From a virus, in the IMG/VR virus record IMGVR_UViG_3300021085_000009, positions 72,815 through 136,814 of that record: DNA of 64,000 bases. One strand, given 5' to 3'. The notes below the pieces were generated by a model. That model had not been told where the DNA came from. It did no database searches and saw nothing but the letters and a program-made list of their open reading frames with translations. This document shows positions 38,679 through 46,919 of this stretch, piece after piece (positions within the stretch are counted from its first letter, which is position 1; the number at the start of each line of letters is the position of its first letter). The translations under genes were made by a program, and so were the position numbers.

Positions 38679-38887
38679 TATGATTCGTCCTCAGTTCCAA
38701 ACATCGATGCCCAGCACGATGGTGTACAACCAGAGATCAAAAACTCCCTTTGATCCACTGTCGCTTCAGGCATTGCGTCCTGAATGAGAGTACCATCCTG
38801 CCATAGAGCAACTTGCTCTAAAGTAGCATTAATACCCATGGTGTTGGTTTGACCAGTGACGGGGCTTAGTTTTTCGCATAAAATCAT
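38678..38887 (-). CDS. Conserved hypothetical phage protein
   Basis: G.LIQDAMP..T.DQREFLISG.TP..W..MF motif. Confidence 0.7.
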   Translation of the reverse strand: MILCEKLSPVTGQTNTMGINATLEQVALWQDGTLIQDAMPEATVDQREFLISGCTPSCWASMFGTEDES

Positions 38888-38920
38888 AATATATTCCTTG
38901 TTTGATTAATTTATATGTAT

Positions 38921-38950
38921 ATTATACCATAGTTTTTGGTTAAATGTACA
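38921..38950 (-). promoter_or_regulatory. Early promoter TGTACA-18-TATAAT
   Basis: Repeat motif with upstream ATGCAGAAAACAC. Confidence 0.8.
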
Positions 38951-38979
38951 GTGTTTTCTGCATTTATTTGCAATTAATT

Positions 38980-39393
38980 TTACCAACATGTACCAAATAG
39001 ATACTCTTCTCTGGCATAAGCTTCCTTTTCCCAGGGTTGATTGTGGTACTGATAGTTACGTGGTTTACGACCCTTCCAGGATCCACTGTAGCCGTCGAGT
39101 TCCCCTCGTAAATATTGTTTGGCATGAACCATCTCATGAGCTAGAGTTTGCATCATCTCGGCCGTTGAGTAAGGTTCTCCTTCACAGGTTTTGGCTATGT
39201 TAATAGTTATATATCCTTCCTTACGATCACCCCAGCAATTACCCTGGTTACCATCGTCGAGCTCTTTACTAAACCTAACGATAATCGCTTTAGATCTCAA
39301 TCTGTGTATGTTTAACGACCTAGATAGATTCTCTAAGTAGCCGTATATGTACTTTTTGTTCTTTATTTGACCATTAATCTGTAAATAAATCAT
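38980..39393 (-). CDS. Zincin-type metallopeptidase
   Basis: TLAHEMVHAKQY (HExxH) and Y..QPWE.EAY. Confidence 0.8.
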   Translation of the reverse strand: MIYLQINGQIKNKKYIYGYLENLSRSLNIHRLRSKAIIVRFSKELDDGNQGNCWGDRKEGYITINIAKTCEGEPYSTAEMMQTLAHEMVHAKQYLRGELDGYSGSWKGRKPRNYQYHNQPWEKEAYAREEYLFGTCW

Positions 39394-39421
39394 AGATTTC
39401 CTGATTGGTTAATATAGGTAT

Positions 39422-39450
39422 ATTCTATCATAGCTGGATCCAAATGTACA
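39422..39450 (-). promoter_or_regulatory. Early promoter TGTACA-17-TAGAAT
   Basis: Repeat motif; 32-bp near-identical copy at 40052-40083. Confidence 0.75.
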
Positions 39451-39495
39451 GTGTTTCTTTATACTTTTTTGTTATATCCTTATAACTCTTTATAA

Positions 39496-40035
39496 CTAAA
39501 ACGCCGTAGCGAATACGTACATTTCCTTCTCTGTATCGTACACTTCCTTACCATTTGGTAACCACACCTCACGGTTCTCACAGTCGATTCCGACCTCGTA
39601 TCGCCTACTAGCCTTACTTTTGGCGAATAACTGAAGGTCCATAATTTGTGCTAAATCATACCACAATTTACGACCACCCTTACTCTGGCATTCTCCGGCT
39701 TGTAGAGTGATTCCTAACTTCTTGATTATATAGCGATATGCCTGAGCCGCTATCCCTCTACCTGCATAAGATTTATCCAATTTGGTGATATCTACATGCC
39801 AGGCCTTAAATTTGGTCCTTGAGAGATTGATATATAGAACCCTTTTTAGCCGTTGTGGTGACCTTCCATGGGTTACAGTTGGATCAACTACCTCTATTTC
39901 CATAAAACCGTCCATAGAACGGTCTACGTATACGTGGAGACGCCTAAAAGATCCTATTTTTTCCCAATCTTCGTAGGTAGGCCTACTGTCGAAATACCCG
40001 AGCTTTTCGCTCTTTTTCATGTGGATTCGATCCAT
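39496..40035 (-). CDS. GNAT-like acetyltransferase
   Basis: LDKSYAGRGIAAQAY (motif A) and QSKGGRKLW. Confidence 0.6.
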   Translation of the reverse strand: MDRIHMKKSEKLGYFDSRPTYEDWEKIGSFRRLHVYVDRSMDGFMEIEVVDPTVTHGRSPQRLKRVLYINLSRTKFKAWHVDITKLDKSYAGRGIAAQAYRYIIKKLGITLQAGECQSKGGRKLWYDLAQIMDLQLFAKSKASRRYEVGIDCENREVWLPNGKEVYDTEKEMYVFATAF

Positions 40036-40064
40036 TCCCTTTCCTTATCATTTAATATAGGTAT

Positions 40065-40093
40065 ATTCTATCATGGCTGGATCGAAAAGAACA
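40065..40093 (-). promoter_or_regulatory. Early promoter variant TGTTCT-17-TAGAAT
   Basis: Duplicate of the 39409-39440 element. Confidence 0.6.
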
Positions 40094-40132
40094 GGGTTTT
40101 CTGCCGTTTTTTTATACTTTTTAGTTATAAGG

Positions 40133-41971
40133 TTATAACGAGGGGGAATATATGGTTATAAGGTCCTTTTTACCTTTTACGGTAATTTGGCCAATTTTTG
40201 TGCATTTTAGGCTAGAGGGTAACCTGGCGTAGGTATCCCCAGAAATGATGGTTTTATTATCGATATATTCCTTTCTGGCCGCTGTGGCCTCTAATCTCGC
40301 GGCCAGGTTTACGGCGTCTCCAATGACCGAATAATCGAATCTAGACTCACTACCCATATTACCTACAATACAGTCACCCGTATTAATACCAGTTCCGACG
40401 TTAATAGGGGGTAAACCCTGCTCACTATATTTCTTTCTGAGCTCGTCGGTTTTCTTTTCTATATCTATTGCTGCCCTTACTGCCATTTCGGCGTGCCTTT
40501 CACATTCCAAAGGAGCATTCCAAAAGGCCATAATACAATCACCCATATATTTGTCTATGGTTCCGCCATGGCTCAAAATTATTTTGGTCATAGCATCAAG
40601 GAATTCGTTAATTAATACTACTAATCCTTCTGGATCATTCTTATTTTTATAGTGTTCTGATATAGGAGTAAATCCTACAATATCCATAAAGAGGAACGAC
40701 ATCTGTCTTCGCTCTCCACCAAGCTTTAATAGGCCTGGATTTTTCTGTAATAGGTATACTTGTTTAGGATCTAAATATGTCTCAAACTGTTTCTTAATTT
40801 GTTGCCTTAACATATATTGTTTATAAAAGTTATTAAAACTAGCTGATGAAAAGACTGTTATATATAGTAATAGAAAATAACTAATATCAAGGAGAATTCC
40901 CCATTCATTCCAGACGTATGCAACAGAAGCTCCGGTCGAGATCGCAAGCCCAGCGAAGAGCATGGCTGATGAACGAATCGAACGATAATATACAATATAG
41001 ACCAAGAGTCCCGAAGCAATTAGCATTGCCAGGATTTCAATTAAATCCGCCCAGAGAGGACGAGATATCGATATTTCATCCATTATTGACTGGATGGACG
41101 CAGCTTGAATATGATGAGCTGATTGAAGACCAGCAGGAGTTGGAATCTGAGCCGCTAATCCCTTCGCCGTCAGTCCAATTAGAACTGTTCGGCCCTGAAG
41201 ATCAGGCAGCTTGGTCCCGACCTCTATTTCCGTAAAGGTATAATTATGGTTAATCCAGAATGACCCATTAGGATCTGTAGTAATTCTAAATGGCCTAATA
41301 ATTATTTCTTCTATACCCACTTCGTTAACTTTTACCGTATAAGATAATCGTTCATTAGATACTCTAAGAAGTTCTAGTGCAAACGATGGGTATAGTTCCT
41401 TATTAATTTGACTTAATAGAGGTATTCTACGCACTAATCCATCAACTTCTGGCATGCCATTTATTAATCCAGTACCCCATGCACCTTGTTCTATTTCAGT
41501 TATATTTGTAACCAATCCTTTATATCTTATAGCCCAATCTAATGGATCACCTGTACCAAATGTTGCTGAACCTACATAAGGTGCTTTAGTGCTTCTTCCT
41601 CTTTCATCTGCATCTTGAGATAATATAATACCATTATCGTTTACCCAAGAAGCAAACACCTCGTCTCCACCAAATCTATCAGCCTCTGGAAACATTAGTG
41701 TAAATCCAATTAAGCCAGCATTAGCGTTTCTTAGATCAGATATTAATTGTGCATAGGTTTGACGAGGGAATGGGTATTGTCCTAATAGACCTAAGGATTC
41801 TTCTCCTATATTCAGTAGAACTATATCTGATTTCTTTTCTGGAATTGTAGAGATATATTGATCAAAAGTGTTTAATCTTAACTGCTGAACAGGGCTAGGG
41901 TCTATTACTCTTATGGTTATAAGAATAAGCGATAATATTATAGTTGTCCATATCGATGTTAAGTATTTCAT
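40133..41971 (-). CDS. CHASE2-domain class III adenylate cyclase
   Basis: N-terminal TM; CHASE2 motifs (NIGEESL..LGQYPFPR, FPEADR, DGLVRRIPL); 3 TMs; catalytic FMDIVGFT, DKYMGDCIMAFW, GINTG, YSVIGDAVNLAARLE, VKGK. Confidence 0.93.
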   Translation of the reverse strand: MKYLTSIWTTIILSLILITIRVIDPSPVQQLRLNTFDQYISTIPEKKSDIVLLNIGEESLGLLGQYPFPRQTYAQLISDLRNANAGLIGFTLMFPEADRFGGDEVFASWVNDNGIILSQDADERGRSTKAPYVGSATFGTGDPLDWAIRYKGLVTNITEIEQGAWGTGLINGMPEVDGLVRRIPLLSQINKELYPSFALELLRVSNERLSYTVKVNEVGIEEIIIRPFRITTDPNGSFWINHNYTFTEIEVGTKLPDLQGRTVLIGLTAKGLAAQIPTPAGLQSAHHIQAASIQSIMDEISISRPLWADLIEILAMLIASGLLVYIVYYRSIRSSAMLFAGLAISTGASVAYVWNEWGILLDISYFLLLYITVFSSASFNNFYKQYMLRQQIKKQFETYLDPKQVYLLQKNPGLLKLGGERRQMSFLFMDIVGFTPISEHYKNKNDPEGLVVLINEFLDAMTKIILSHGGTIDKYMGDCIMAFWNAPLECERHAEMAVRAAIDIEKKTDELRKKYSEQGLPPINVGTGINTGDCIVGNMGSESRFDYSVIGDAVNLAARLEATAARKEYIDNKTIISGDTYARLPSSLKCTKIGQITVKGKKDLITIYSPSL

Positions 41972-42056
41972 ACGTATATATCTATAAAGTTTCCCTTTAG
42001 TGCTTCAAGAAATCTATACCTTCGATAGTAATTAAACTTTTTAATATTACAGTATG

Positions 42057-42773
42057 TCATTCTTGAGTTACAGATGTAGAGCAACCACCAAAAGTCATAC
42101 AGTCAACACTTAATGTATATGTTTGATTAGTTCCACTCATTTGCTTTAATATTAAATCAGTTCCGTATAAACCATCAAGTGTAATATTTGCGTTATGGGT
42201 AGCACCATTACCCTTTTGACGAATAAACACGTCGTTATTATCATTGTAAATTGTAAGGTCTATATTCTTTGCACCATTACTTTGTTGCTTTATTTTAACC
42301 TCGTTATAATCTCCAGCTAGATGTAAATCAAAGTCGTGGCCATCAAGTGCACCTGTTTGGTTTGTTTGTTGAACTGCTAATTGATTGTTGTCGCCATATA
42401 AGGTAATATCTATTTCGTGTCCACCACTCTCATAGTTATCTACCCACCAAGTTAAATCGGTATCAGAATCAAGTGTAGTCCATGCAGCACCTTGAGCAAG
42501 TTTCATCTGATTACCAGTACCACTTATTTCGTCAAAGGTAATTTTATTAGGAAGTCCACCTGTTGTTGTATTAACCTGCACTAAATACATATCTAAATTA
42601 GATGCTGTAATGTATGAATTAGTGTCTAACATCTCAACGTTATTATTAAACCCATATTGATCAATGCCTAATTGAAAGTTATCTCCAGATTGTTCTAATG
42701 ATATTAGGTTATCATCAGCAAAACAAATTGCTGGAAGTAATAATACGCTTAAAATAAATATAATTTCTTTCAT
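42057..42773 (-). CDS. Curlin-repeat secreted protein (CsgA/CsgB-like)
   Basis: Signal peptide; repeats LEQSGDN, IDQYGFNNNV, ITLYGDNNQLAVQQ, LHLAGDYNEVKIKQ, LTIYNDNNDVFIRQKG; in the csgFG operon. Confidence 0.7.
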   Translation of the reverse strand: MKEIIFILSVLLLPAICFADDNLISLEQSGDNFQLGIDQYGFNNNVEMLDTNSYITASNLDMYLVQVNTTTGGLPNKITFDEISGTGNQMKLAQGAAWTTLDSDTDLTWWVDNYESGGHEIDITLYGDNNQLAVQQTNQTGALDGHDFDLHLAGDYNEVKIKQQSNGAKNIDLTIYNDNNDVFIRQKGNGATHNANITLDGLYGTDLILKQMSGTNQTYTLSVDCMTFGGCSTSVTQE

Positions 42774-43883
42774 TTAATTCACCTGATTTATATAGATGAG
42801 AATGTCGTCACCCTCATTTCCTGTAATTATTCCGTCCCATGTTGGTGTGTATGCATCTATTGTAAAATTACCACCAGCACCAATTTTTAATCTTATAGAA
42901 CCATTTATATTTCTATATAATACTAAAGAACCATCTTGTAAAAATACATTAAACTGTGATTCATCATTAAATCCTCTTGTTGCACCTTTAATATCAAATT
43001 CGCCTAATGTGTCGAAAAGATCAGAACTATCTATAATATCTAATACATCAACTAAAAACTCTACATCTAATTCGTCAATATCTAATTCACTGAATTCGTC
43101 CAATTCATCTTCTTCAAGCTCATCTTTTTCTAATTCAGTAAACTCTAAAAAATCTATATCTAATATGCCTTGATCTTCATTAGCGTCATCGGCCATTTCT
43201 TCTCTTATCCTCTCCTTTACTTCTGGAGGAGGTGATACAATAAACATGTTATCAATTAATGATGGTGTAATACCATTTACTTTAATTGCTTGTGTTGGTG
43301 ATGAATCTAATGTTGCTACCATTGTTGCGGCATAGGCTTCGTTTAATGTAACTACTCCACCTTCATTAGAAACTACTATTTCGCCAGATGGGTCACCGTT
43401 TTCATCTGGTAGTAATATGATTAGGCTTCTACCTAACTCATCTACTGTTGTTGTAAAATCAGTACCCCGTACAGCTATTGAGGCTGTAGGAGTTTTAATA
43501 TCAATATTGGCTTTATTCACTAATCCTAATCTTCCAGATGCGAATCTTGCCGTTCCCATTGTAAACTTCATACTCATCTTTGAGAGTGAAGGATCAGGGT
43601 CATAATATATTTCGTCTATTAGTACTTCAGAATGTTCCTTTAAAGATAGTTGAGCTTTATCTAAAAACTCAATAAGCATTCTTCCGTTACCAGTTTTTGC
43701 TTCATCATTTAATTCAATAGGTATCTGATTAGATACTTTTATCTCTTCATTGTTACGTACAATCTGGCTTACACCAGTCGACTCTACTATATCACCAATG
43801 GAATCTGCTTCAACCCCACTGGCGAATAGTATAAGACTAACTATCGTTAGCTGCGTCTTTCTGATTAATTTGTATGGTAGCAT
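42774..43883 (-). CDS. Secreted FecR-domain protein with acidic linker
   Basis: Signal peptide; I.FLD...LSL.EHSEV.ID; KTPTASIAVRGTDF; D/E-rich tract. Confidence 0.85.
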   Translation of the reverse strand: MLPYKLIRKTQLTIVSLILFASGVEADSIGDIVESTGVSQIVRNNEEIKVSNQIPIELNDEAKTGNGRMLIEFLDKAQLSLKEHSEVLIDEIYYDPDPSLSKMSMKFTMGTARFASGRLGLVNKANIDIKTPTASIAVRGTDFTTTVDELGRSLIILLPDENGDPSGEIVVSNEGGVVTLNEAYAATMVATLDSSPTQAIKVNGITPSLIDNMFIVSPPPEVKERIREEMADDANEDQGILDIDFLEFTELEKDELEEDELDEFSELDIDELDVEFLVDVLDIIDSSDLFDTLGEFDIKGATRGFNDESQFNVFLQDGSLVLYRNINGSIRLKIGAGGNFTIDAYTPTWDGIITGNEGDDILIYINQVN

Positions 43884-44574
43884 TATCTGACGTAATATCT
43901 AAATTAATGATAGCATTAGGAGTTGCACAAGGTGAACCTCCAACACAAGTACCTGAAATTTGATTAATATCAACGTCACCACTATCTCCATTCCACTCTA
44001 CAGTTAATGATTGAGAACCATCGTTTTGTAATGTGTTAAAGTTATTGCTGTCGCCAGTAATATCAAAATTCCAAGTTATATCATCAGATTCAAAATCTAA
44101 ATCAAATACGTTTGAACTACCTAATAGAATTAAATCAGCATCTAGTCTTTCTGCACTTGCTCCAACTTTACCTTGATCTATATCAAATGTATTACTGTCT
44201 CCAGTAATAGCAAAGGCGTAATTAGAAGAATCTGAACTTCCGGTATCTCCAATATTCCAATCAACTTCGTTTGAATCTCCAGTTAATGAAAATGTCAAAG
44301 AAGATGAATCTAAGACTAAAGGTCCGAAGATTAAATTCTGATTACCAATCATATCTAAATCAAAAGTTAAAGATGAACCCACTACGGTCATATCAGACCC
44401 ACTTGATGAAAAATCATCTAGACCAATTTTGTTACCATAACCCACTTGATCTATAAATAATGTTAAAGTATCACCTGTCTGATCTATTCTAATTTCGTTA
44501 TCATCTGTAGCTTGTGCGAAAACAAACGGTGTTGATAACAATCCAAGGATAGTTATACTTAAAAATTTATTCAT
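43837..44574 (-). CDS. Curlin-repeat secreted protein (CsgA/CsgB-like)
   Basis: Start MNKFLS with signal peptide; ~22-28-aa repeats IDQVGYGNKI, LDMIGNQNLI, FSLTGDSNEV, FAITGDSNTF, LILLGSSNVF, FDITGDSNNF. Confidence 0.75.
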   Translation of the reverse strand: MNKFLSITILGLLSTPFVFAQATDDNEIRIDQTGDTLTLFIDQVGYGNKIGLDDFSSSGSDMTVVGSSLTFDLDMIGNQNLIFGPLVLDSSSLTFSLTGDSNEVDWNIGDTGSSDSSNYAFAITGDSNTFDIDQGKVGASAERLDADLILLGSSNVFDLDFESDDITWNFDITGDSNNFNTLQNDGSQSLTVEWNGDSGDVDINQISGTCVGGSPCATPNAIINLDITSDNATIQINQKDAANDS

Positions 44575-45526
44575 TTTCGTTTTCCTCTTTATGTGTATGC
44601 CTTTCGTTTTTCCCATCAACTTGATGAGGATGTCTATGGCCTACGGTTAAATTCCAGAACTTACGGTCGTGACCCTGGTAGATTAATTCCAAAACTGCAG
44701 CTTCGATAGCAGCTCTAACTGCATATGTAACTGACTCATTATTACCCACGCCGTCCTCGTATTCTATAAGTTGTGTTCCTTGTTCAATAAACCTAAACAA
44801 GTCTCCACCACTTCCGTAAGATAATACCGATTTCTTACTTTGGACGTTTAACAAAACTTCACCTGTTAATACTGACACCGCTCTCACAGATACAGTAACA
44901 ACATCTTTACGATACATTTTACTAAAACCTATACCAAGTGTTCGTGCACCACGACCACCTGTTTCAGTGTTAGTATCATAACCAATAATACCCCCTTCTA
45001 TAATCATTCCGGCGAATAGAAGAGGTCCAACTCCTTTGGCAGCCTCAGCCCCTGTGGCTTTAGCTACTTCTTGTCGGGTAGATCTTACAATTTGTCTTTC
45101 CCTTACAAGATTATCAATCCCTTGTCTTTCTACTACTCTAAACCAAGTTCCGCCACCTGCAGTTTTGAGTGCATCTATTAGTAATTCAGTACCACCTTGG
45201 GTAACTGCAGTAGAGAACGATGCTATATTATCTACTGATTTTCTTTGACCTGTTAAATCTTTAAATCCATATACTGCAACAATAGGTTTATCTTTTGCTG
45301 GAGGTAAATTTAATAAATCTACATATGCTGGTAATCTAACTGCAGTTGGTTCATCAACGCAGATATATTTCCTAGCCATGGTTTTTTGTAGACCCATTTG
45401 TAAATGTCTATTAAAACCTTCATCATACTTACCTGCTAAATCATTACAATCTTGGTAGTTATCACTCCATTGAGGCACTGATGCGCATCCACTAAGCATT
45501 AATAATACTATTAGATACTTACCCAC
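44567..45526 (-). CDS. csgG: Curli secretion channel lipoprotein CsgG
   Basis: LSGC lipobox; VAVYGFKDLTGQRK, FSTAVTQG, WFRVVERQGIDNLVRERQIVR, EGGIIGYDTN..TGG.GAR.LGIG, TGEVL, NE.V..AVRAAIE.AV; probable GTG start (ORF track starts at 45544). Confidence 0.95.
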   Translation of the reverse strand: MGKYLIVLLMLSGCASVPQWSDNYQDCNDLAGKYDEGFNRHLQMGLQKTMARKYICVDEPTAVRLPAYVDLLNLPPAKDKPIVAVYGFKDLTGQRKSVDNIASFSTAVTQGGTELLIDALKTAGGGTWFRVVERQGIDNLVRERQIVRSTRQEVAKATGAEAAKGVGPLLFAGMIIEGGIIGYDTNTETGGRGARTLGIGFSKMYRKDVVTVSVRAVSVLTGEVLLNVQSKKSVLSYGSGGDLFRFIEQGTQLIEYEDGVGNNESVTYAVRAAIEAAVLELIYQGHDRKFWNLTVGHRHPHQVDGKNERHTHKEENENE

Positions 45527-46013
45527 CGTCAGAGTCCTGTCCAAAGTTTCCAGTTCCTACTGGTATTTCAATAACTGTAGTAGTTCCATCAGAATCAACT
45601 ATTGTCATTTTAATATATTCGGATCCATCCTCATTTGTTAATACTTCGTATGTTACTACATTACCTTCTAAAGTAAATGAACCAAATCTTACAGAACCAT
45701 CATTACTAAACATAGATTCAACAAGCTGCTTAGACATTTGAGCATATATTCTACTTTCTAAGTTACGAATAAACTTAGCCATAGTACTATTTGCTTCTTC
45801 TCTCTCAGCGGCTTTTCTTGCAGCCTCTAAAGCATCTTGTATTGCCTTTTTTCTTGAATGCTCTTGGTTCTCAATTGTTAAATAATGTGCTCCAGTTCCA
45901 ACTCCGCTAAAAGATGGATTTTTAAATCCAAATTTAATTTCGTCTGCTTCTACAACTAAACTCTGTGTAGAAAATATTGCTGTTAATAGTATAATTTCAA
46001 ATCGTTTTTTCAT
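45519..46013 (-). CDS. csgF: Curli assembly protein CsgF
   Basis: Signal peptide then F.FKNPSFSG; F..NLESRIYAQ.S.QL; C-terminal G.TTVIEIP; adjacent to csgG. Confidence 0.88.
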   Translation of the reverse strand: MKKRFEIILLTAIFSTQSLVVEADEIKFGFKNPSFSGVGTGAHYLTIENQEHSRKKAIQDALEAARKAAEREEANSTMAKFIRNLESRIYAQMSKQLVESMFSNDGSVRFGSFTLEGNVVTYEVLTNEDGSEYIKMTIVDSDGTTTVIEIPVGTGNFGQDSDGG

Positions 46014-46269
46014 TTTCCTTTTCTAACTCCAAGACCTTTTGTCTTTCTTTATATTCAAGTACTACTTTTATCTTTTCTTGTAATCTTATCATATCTTGAT
46101 CAAGCATTCGAACCTGATCAATTAACCGTATTAAACCCATATGCATTTCTTCAAGCTTTGGCTCTAATTCAGAAGACACAAACTGCCATACATAAAATAC
46201 AAAATAACCAAGTCCTACTAATGCCACTGTCTCAAATCCAAATTCGATAATTAATCCAGCTATATCCAT
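45997..46269 (-). CDS. Small single-TM coiled-coil protein
   Basis: GLGYFVFYVWQFV then LIDQVRMLDQDMIRL; similar to the upstream ORF. Confidence 0.7.
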   Translation of the reverse strand: MDIAGLIIEFGFETVALVGLGYFVFYVWQFVSSELEPKLEEMHMGLIRLIDQVRMLDQDMIRLQEKIKVVLEYKERQKVLELEKENEKTI

Positions 46270-46565
46270 TAGTCTCTTCTTGTGTCTATTTTTCCATCCT
46301 CTGCAAAATTTTCAGCTCGGGCCACTCTGTCAATAGGAGGGGTTAACTCTAATGCACTAGATACTAATAAATCAATTTTAATAATTTCATTATTCATAGA
46401 TCTAGCCCTATTTTCTAAAGATTTAGTAAATATTGTTAAGGTACTTATTTGATCTAATACGCCACCAAATATTTGTTTAATTACTATAAATACAAAGACG
46501 CCACATGCTATAGCAGCTGCTATAGGCACGCCCACATCTTTAATTAAAGCAAACAAATCTTCCAT
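46269..46565 (-). CDS. Small single-TM coiled-coil protein, first gene of the curli operon
   Basis: GVPIAAAIACGVFVFIVIKQI then LENRARSMNNEIIKID. Confidence 0.7.
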   Translation of the reverse strand: MEDLFALIKDVGVPIAAAIACGVFVFIVIKQIFGGVLDQISTLTIFTKSLENRARSMNNEIIKIDLLVSSALELTPPIDRVARAENFAEDGKIDTRRD

Positions 46566-46571
46566 ATAATC

Positions 46572-46579
46572 TATTTATA
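46572..46579 (-). promoter_or_regulatory. T4-type late promoter heading the curli/cyclase operon
   Basis: Exact TATAAATA 6 bp upstream of the ATG at 46565. Confidence 0.8.
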
Positions 46580-46590
46580 AGATTAATTGT

Positions 46591-46908
46591 TTAGAACGAT
46601 ATTGATTGTCCACAGCCGCAGGACGCGACTTCATTTGGATTTAAGAATTTGAATTCTGAATTTAGACCCTTGGTTTGGTAATCAAGGGTCATATTCATAA
46701 AATTGTGTAAATGGCCTGTTTCAATAACCAAGACATAATCGCCATAATCGATTATGTGATCGTCTGCATTACTGTCAGTAACAAATACAAACTCGTATTT
46801 CCAACCGTTGCAACCAGCAGGAAGAAGCCCAATTCTGATAATATTTTCACCAGCCTTACGTGTCTTTTCGACGAGTTTTTCATGTGCTTTCTCGGTTATA
46901 TCTATCAT
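46591..46908 (-). CDS. iscA: A-type Fe-S cluster carrier (IscA/HesB family)
   Basis: I.ITE.A; GCNG.KY; F.F.NPN....CGCG.S. Confidence 0.9.
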   Translation of the reverse strand: MIDITEKAHEKLVEKTRKAGENIIRIGLLPAGCNGWKYEFVFVTDSNADDHIIDYGDYVLVIETGHLHNFMNMTLDYQTKGLNSEFKFLNPNEVASCGCGQSISF

Positions 46909-46919
46909 ACGGCATTAAA

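Noticed and set aside
40133-46565. Host chromosomal contamination or assembly chimera for the curli/cyclase block
   Set aside because: The block is headed by a T4 late promoter, tightly packed, co-oriented with and flanked by phage genes; read-level confirmation was not possible.
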